A stretch of 64,000 bases of DNA from an uncultured Anaerolineales bacterium (lineage in GTDB: Bacteria; Chloroflexota; Anaerolineae; Anaerolineales; UBA11858): positions 6,350-70,349 of the forward strand of contig CAYFMI010000002.1 in the NCBI GenBank assembly GCA_964344175.1, read 5' to 3'. Position 1 is the stretch's first letter. The number at the start of each line of letters is the position of its first letter. The notes under the pieces were generated by a model, which saw only the letters and a program-made list of their open reading frames with translations, did not search any database and had not been told where the DNA came from. Positions 61,896 to 64,000 of this stretch are shown here, in pieces. A program made the translations under genes and the position numbers.

Positions 61896-63047
61896 TTAGA
61901 TCAACACGTCTTCCACACCCCGTCGGGGGCTGCGAAGCACATCCACGGTGGGGATGCCGATGCGGAAGGGCATCAGCGCCTGCCATGCGGAATCGCCGAT
62001 CAGGTTTTGGAGGGCGTCGCCAAATTCAGGGGCTAAACCCTGGCTTTCTTCCCGATCCGCTCTCTCGGAGGCGTAGTTGACGGGGTGCATGGCATATCCG
62101 TTTTGGGCTGCCCACAAATTCATACGCTGGTAGAGTTGCCCGCCCTTGATACGTTGAGCGTTATCTTTGTTGTTGGGGACAGCCAAAATGCCAAAAGCGG
62201 GTGTCGCATCGAGCGCGGCACGGGTGGCATCAAGCCAGAATTGGTCGTTCTGCTCCTGCGAGAGGGGCGGCATCATCTTTGTGATCGCGCGCATGACGGC
62301 GGGCATGGCTTGGGCGTCGATGGTCACGCCGTCAGCGCGCTGCTGGAGTTCGTCCCAATCGTGGCGGAACCACGCGGCGCTGTCGCGTGACTGCTCTTCG
62401 TCCTGCGTGATGGCGACAGCAGCGTCATAGGTCAGGTCGGCGATTTTCTTACGCTCAATATCGGAGGTGAGCCAGAAGACGCGCACATCGGCGTCGGTGT
62501 TGAGATAGTCGAGTTCGGTCAACACATCTTCAGAGAGCGGTGTCGTTTCGTAAGCGCCTCGGTTGGTACGTCTTTCGGGGATGGCATGATAGAGCTTGGG
62601 AATGGCGCTGTCAGACGGTATCAGCTCAACGTGGGCAATCTGCTCCTTAGACGGGAGCAGGCTCAAAACAGGGGCGTATCCGCTGGCGGGGGCGGCGATG
62701 AGCAAATTCTCCAGCGCGCATCCCAATCCGATATGCATCTCACGCAAAAATGGATCAATCGCCCCGATATTGCGCGTTGTGTCGGCGAAAAGGTCAATGG
62801 ATGTTTCGGTGACACCAAAGAGCCAGGGCTGGGTGTTGTGCGGATTGGCGGCGAGGATGGCGGCGTGGACGAGAGCCAGCGATCCGCTCGCGGTTTCGGC
62901 TTGCCACTGCTCCCAGGCTTGGTAGGCATCCCCAGCGCCTGTGGCGAAAACGCCCTGATCGATGGCGCGCCAGACTGTACCGCCTGCGAGGGCAATGAAG
63001 GTGGCACCGCTCAGGCGGAGAAAGTCACGACGAGTTATTTTTTTCAT
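61896..63047 (-). CDS. Tat-signal nitroreductase-family (Acg-like) FMN oxidoreductase
   Basis: ORF 61896..63188. Start set to ATG 63047 (MKKITRRDFLRLSGATFIALAGG, twin-arginine signal). PHNTQPWLF is typical of the nitroreductase fold. Confidence 0.75.
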   Translation of the reverse strand: MKKITRRDFLRLSGATFIALAGGTVWRAIDQGVFATGAGDAYQAWEQWQAETASGSLALVHAAILAANPHNTQPWLFGVTETSIDLFADTTRNIGAIDPFLREMHIGLGCALENLLIAAPASGYAPVLSLLPSKEQIAHVELIPSDSAIPKLYHAIPERRTNRGAYETTPLSEDVLTELDYLNTDADVRVFWLTSDIERKKIADLTYDAAVAITQDEEQSRDSAAWFRHDWDELQQRADGVTIDAQAMPAVMRAITKMMPPLSQEQNDQFWLDATRAALDATPAFGILAVPNNKDNAQRIKGGQLYQRMNLWAAQNGYAMHPVNYASERADREESQGLAPEFGDALQNLIGDSAWQALMPFRIGIPTVDVLRSPRRGVEDVLI

Positions 63048-63700
63048 GCGATCCACTCCCGATAACGGATGAAGTAATTCCAGCCCAAAATCGTCAGCCC
63101 CGCCAGCATGAAGAAGTAGCGCAGCAGATCGAAGACAGGATGGGGGAAGGTGTAGACCAGCACGCCGATGGGCAGGTAGCCAAACCACAAACTGAATTTG
63201 AGAAATTTTTCCAGGAGGGTGTCGCCATGCAGGACAAAGGCGAAAAGGAAAAAGCCCAAATAGCTGCTGTGGAATTTGAGCTGGCTCCAGATCATGCGGT
63301 TTTGCAGATCATCCAAAGCGATTGGGAGGCCGTTGAGCGCGGTGGTGAGTTGAGTCAGCAGGTCGTGATTTTCATGCAGGTCAAGATAAGCAGTGATCAA
63401 CAGCGCGCCCAAGGCGGCCGCGACCAGCCAGACGGTGTCTTCGTTCCACAGGTCAATCGCCAGGAAGATGAAGGCGGCGGTGTAGAACATGAGGAAGAGA
63501 TTGTCGAAGGTCAGGATGACGCGCAAGGGCGTTTCCGCAGCGATGATATTGCGGGTGTAGCTTTCAATATCAGAAACAATTTCAAAATTCTGGGCGGTGA
63601 CGCCGCCGCTGAAAAGGGATGTCGTCAACATCCCCGCCAGCATGAGCGCGGCGGCGAAGGCGGGGAAGGCGATGTACTTGTAAACTTGTGATTTGATCAT
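63044..63700 (-). CDS. Polytopic membrane protein, unknown function
   Basis: Start set to ATG 63700, preceded by AAGGAG. The listed start at 63721 would place the SD inside the coding sequence. The stop overlaps the nitroreductase start (ATGA). Confidence 0.6.
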   Translation of the reverse strand: MIKSQVYKYIAFPAFAAALMLAGMLTTSLFSGGVTAQNFEIVSDIESYTRNIIAAETPLRVILTFDNLFLMFYTAAFIFLAIDLWNEDTVWLVAAALGALLITAYLDLHENHDLLTQLTTALNGLPIALDDLQNRMIWSQLKFHSSYLGFFLFAFVLHGDTLLEKFLKFSLWFGYLPIGVLVYTFPHPVFDLLRYFFMLAGLTILGWNYFIRYREWIA

Positions 63701-63710
63701 GATTTTCTCC

Positions 63711-64000
63711 TTAGATATCAAAAGATAACCAGCTTTTCCACCCGCTCCTTGTCACATCTCCTTGGACAAGGAAAACGGGGTATTTGTGGGCGATTTTTTG
63801 CATATCCGCCAGTGTGGCGGTTCCATCCACGCCAAAAAAGAGGCGGGCGGATTCTTCGGCACTGTGCGTGAAAGCGCGTTTCTGGATGTAGGCGAACAGG
63901 ATCGGCGCTTTTTCTTCGTTCGGGAGTTCTCGCACTTGAACAACCTGCCGCGCGCCTGAATGAATGACGATTTTTCCATCAGCAGCACGGACGTTCCTGA
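63711..64000 (-). CDS. Partial CDS (5' end outside window), possibly a DUF385/deazaflavin-dependent nitroreductase-like C-terminus
   Basis: The minus-strand frame of ORF 63711..63935 stays open to the window edge (...RNVRAADGKIVIHSGARQVVQVRELPNEEKAPILFAYIQKR...KYPVFLVQ). The family call is tentative. Confidence 0.4.
   Translation of the reverse strand, partial: RNVRAADGKIVIHSGARQVVQVRELPNEEKAPILFAYIQKRAFTHSAEESARLFFGVDGTATLADMQKIAHKYPVFLVQGDVTRSGWKSWLSFDI

Noticed and set aside
1-64000. CRISPR arrays, tRNA, rRNA or other canonical RNA genes.
   Set aside because: I found no regularly spaced direct repeats. The palindromic hairpins are single and unrelated in sequence. No spacer reads as a tRNA cloverleaf or rRNA by eye. 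A covariance-model scan (tRNAscan-SE, Infernal/Rfam) would be needed to be certain.
1-64000. Prophage, transposon or integrative element.
   Set aside because: No integrase, transposase, recombinase, phage structural or conjugation genes were recognised. The only accessory-type module is the dinJ-yafQ pair.

Overview
This is a 64-kb, densely coding chromosomal segment with about 55 protein genes. I saw no rRNA, tRNA, CRISPR array, transposase or integrase. GC content looks moderately high by eye. Lipoproteins with long Ala/Glu/Pro linkers, an LPXTG-tailed protein and a SEDS-PBP fusion suggest a monoderm, perhaps Chloroflexota/Anaerolineae-like organism, but that is only a guess.

Left part (1-25.9 kb): a 5'-truncated PhoR-like kinase, an M14-like peptidase with a YfcC-type transporter, and pstS-pstC-pstA-pstB-phoU with an arsC that must start inside phoU. 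These are followed by RNase HI, a CUT1-type ABC importer with two tandem paralogous binding proteins and a permease carrying a six-helix insertion, and an alkaline-phosphatase-family enzyme. The block ends with a CoA-binding protein, an ABC exporter, an FAD oxidoreductase, an ExeM/NucH-type extracellular nuclease and a flippase-like membrane protein.

Middle (26.3-34.3 kb): this is the most interesting block. It is a tightly coupled eight-gene operon that I cannot assign to any characterised system. It encodes four membrane proteins, a Zn-ribbon protein with 12 acidic PDW repeats, a GlmL/EutA-like actin-fold ATPase, a barrel-sandwich/KOW-like protein and an LPXTG-tailed protein.

Right part: phosphohexomutase, a cNMP-binding/bPH membrane protein, def, recF, alr and an orphan LysW-like Zn-ribbon protein with an Asp/Tyr tail. 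A thioester-containing alpha-2-macroglobulin lies next to a SEDS-(degenerate)PBP fusion and is followed by an Asp-less OmpR-type regulator and a lectin-fold lipoprotein. The window ends with an MFS transporter, a fumarate hydratase alpha subunit, a hybrid kinase, dinJ-yafQ, adenosine deaminase and a Tat-nitroreductase cluster.

Intergenic regions carry unusually long perfect palindromic hairpins and at least two small dispersed repeat families. All family calls come from motifs read by eye; no searches were run.
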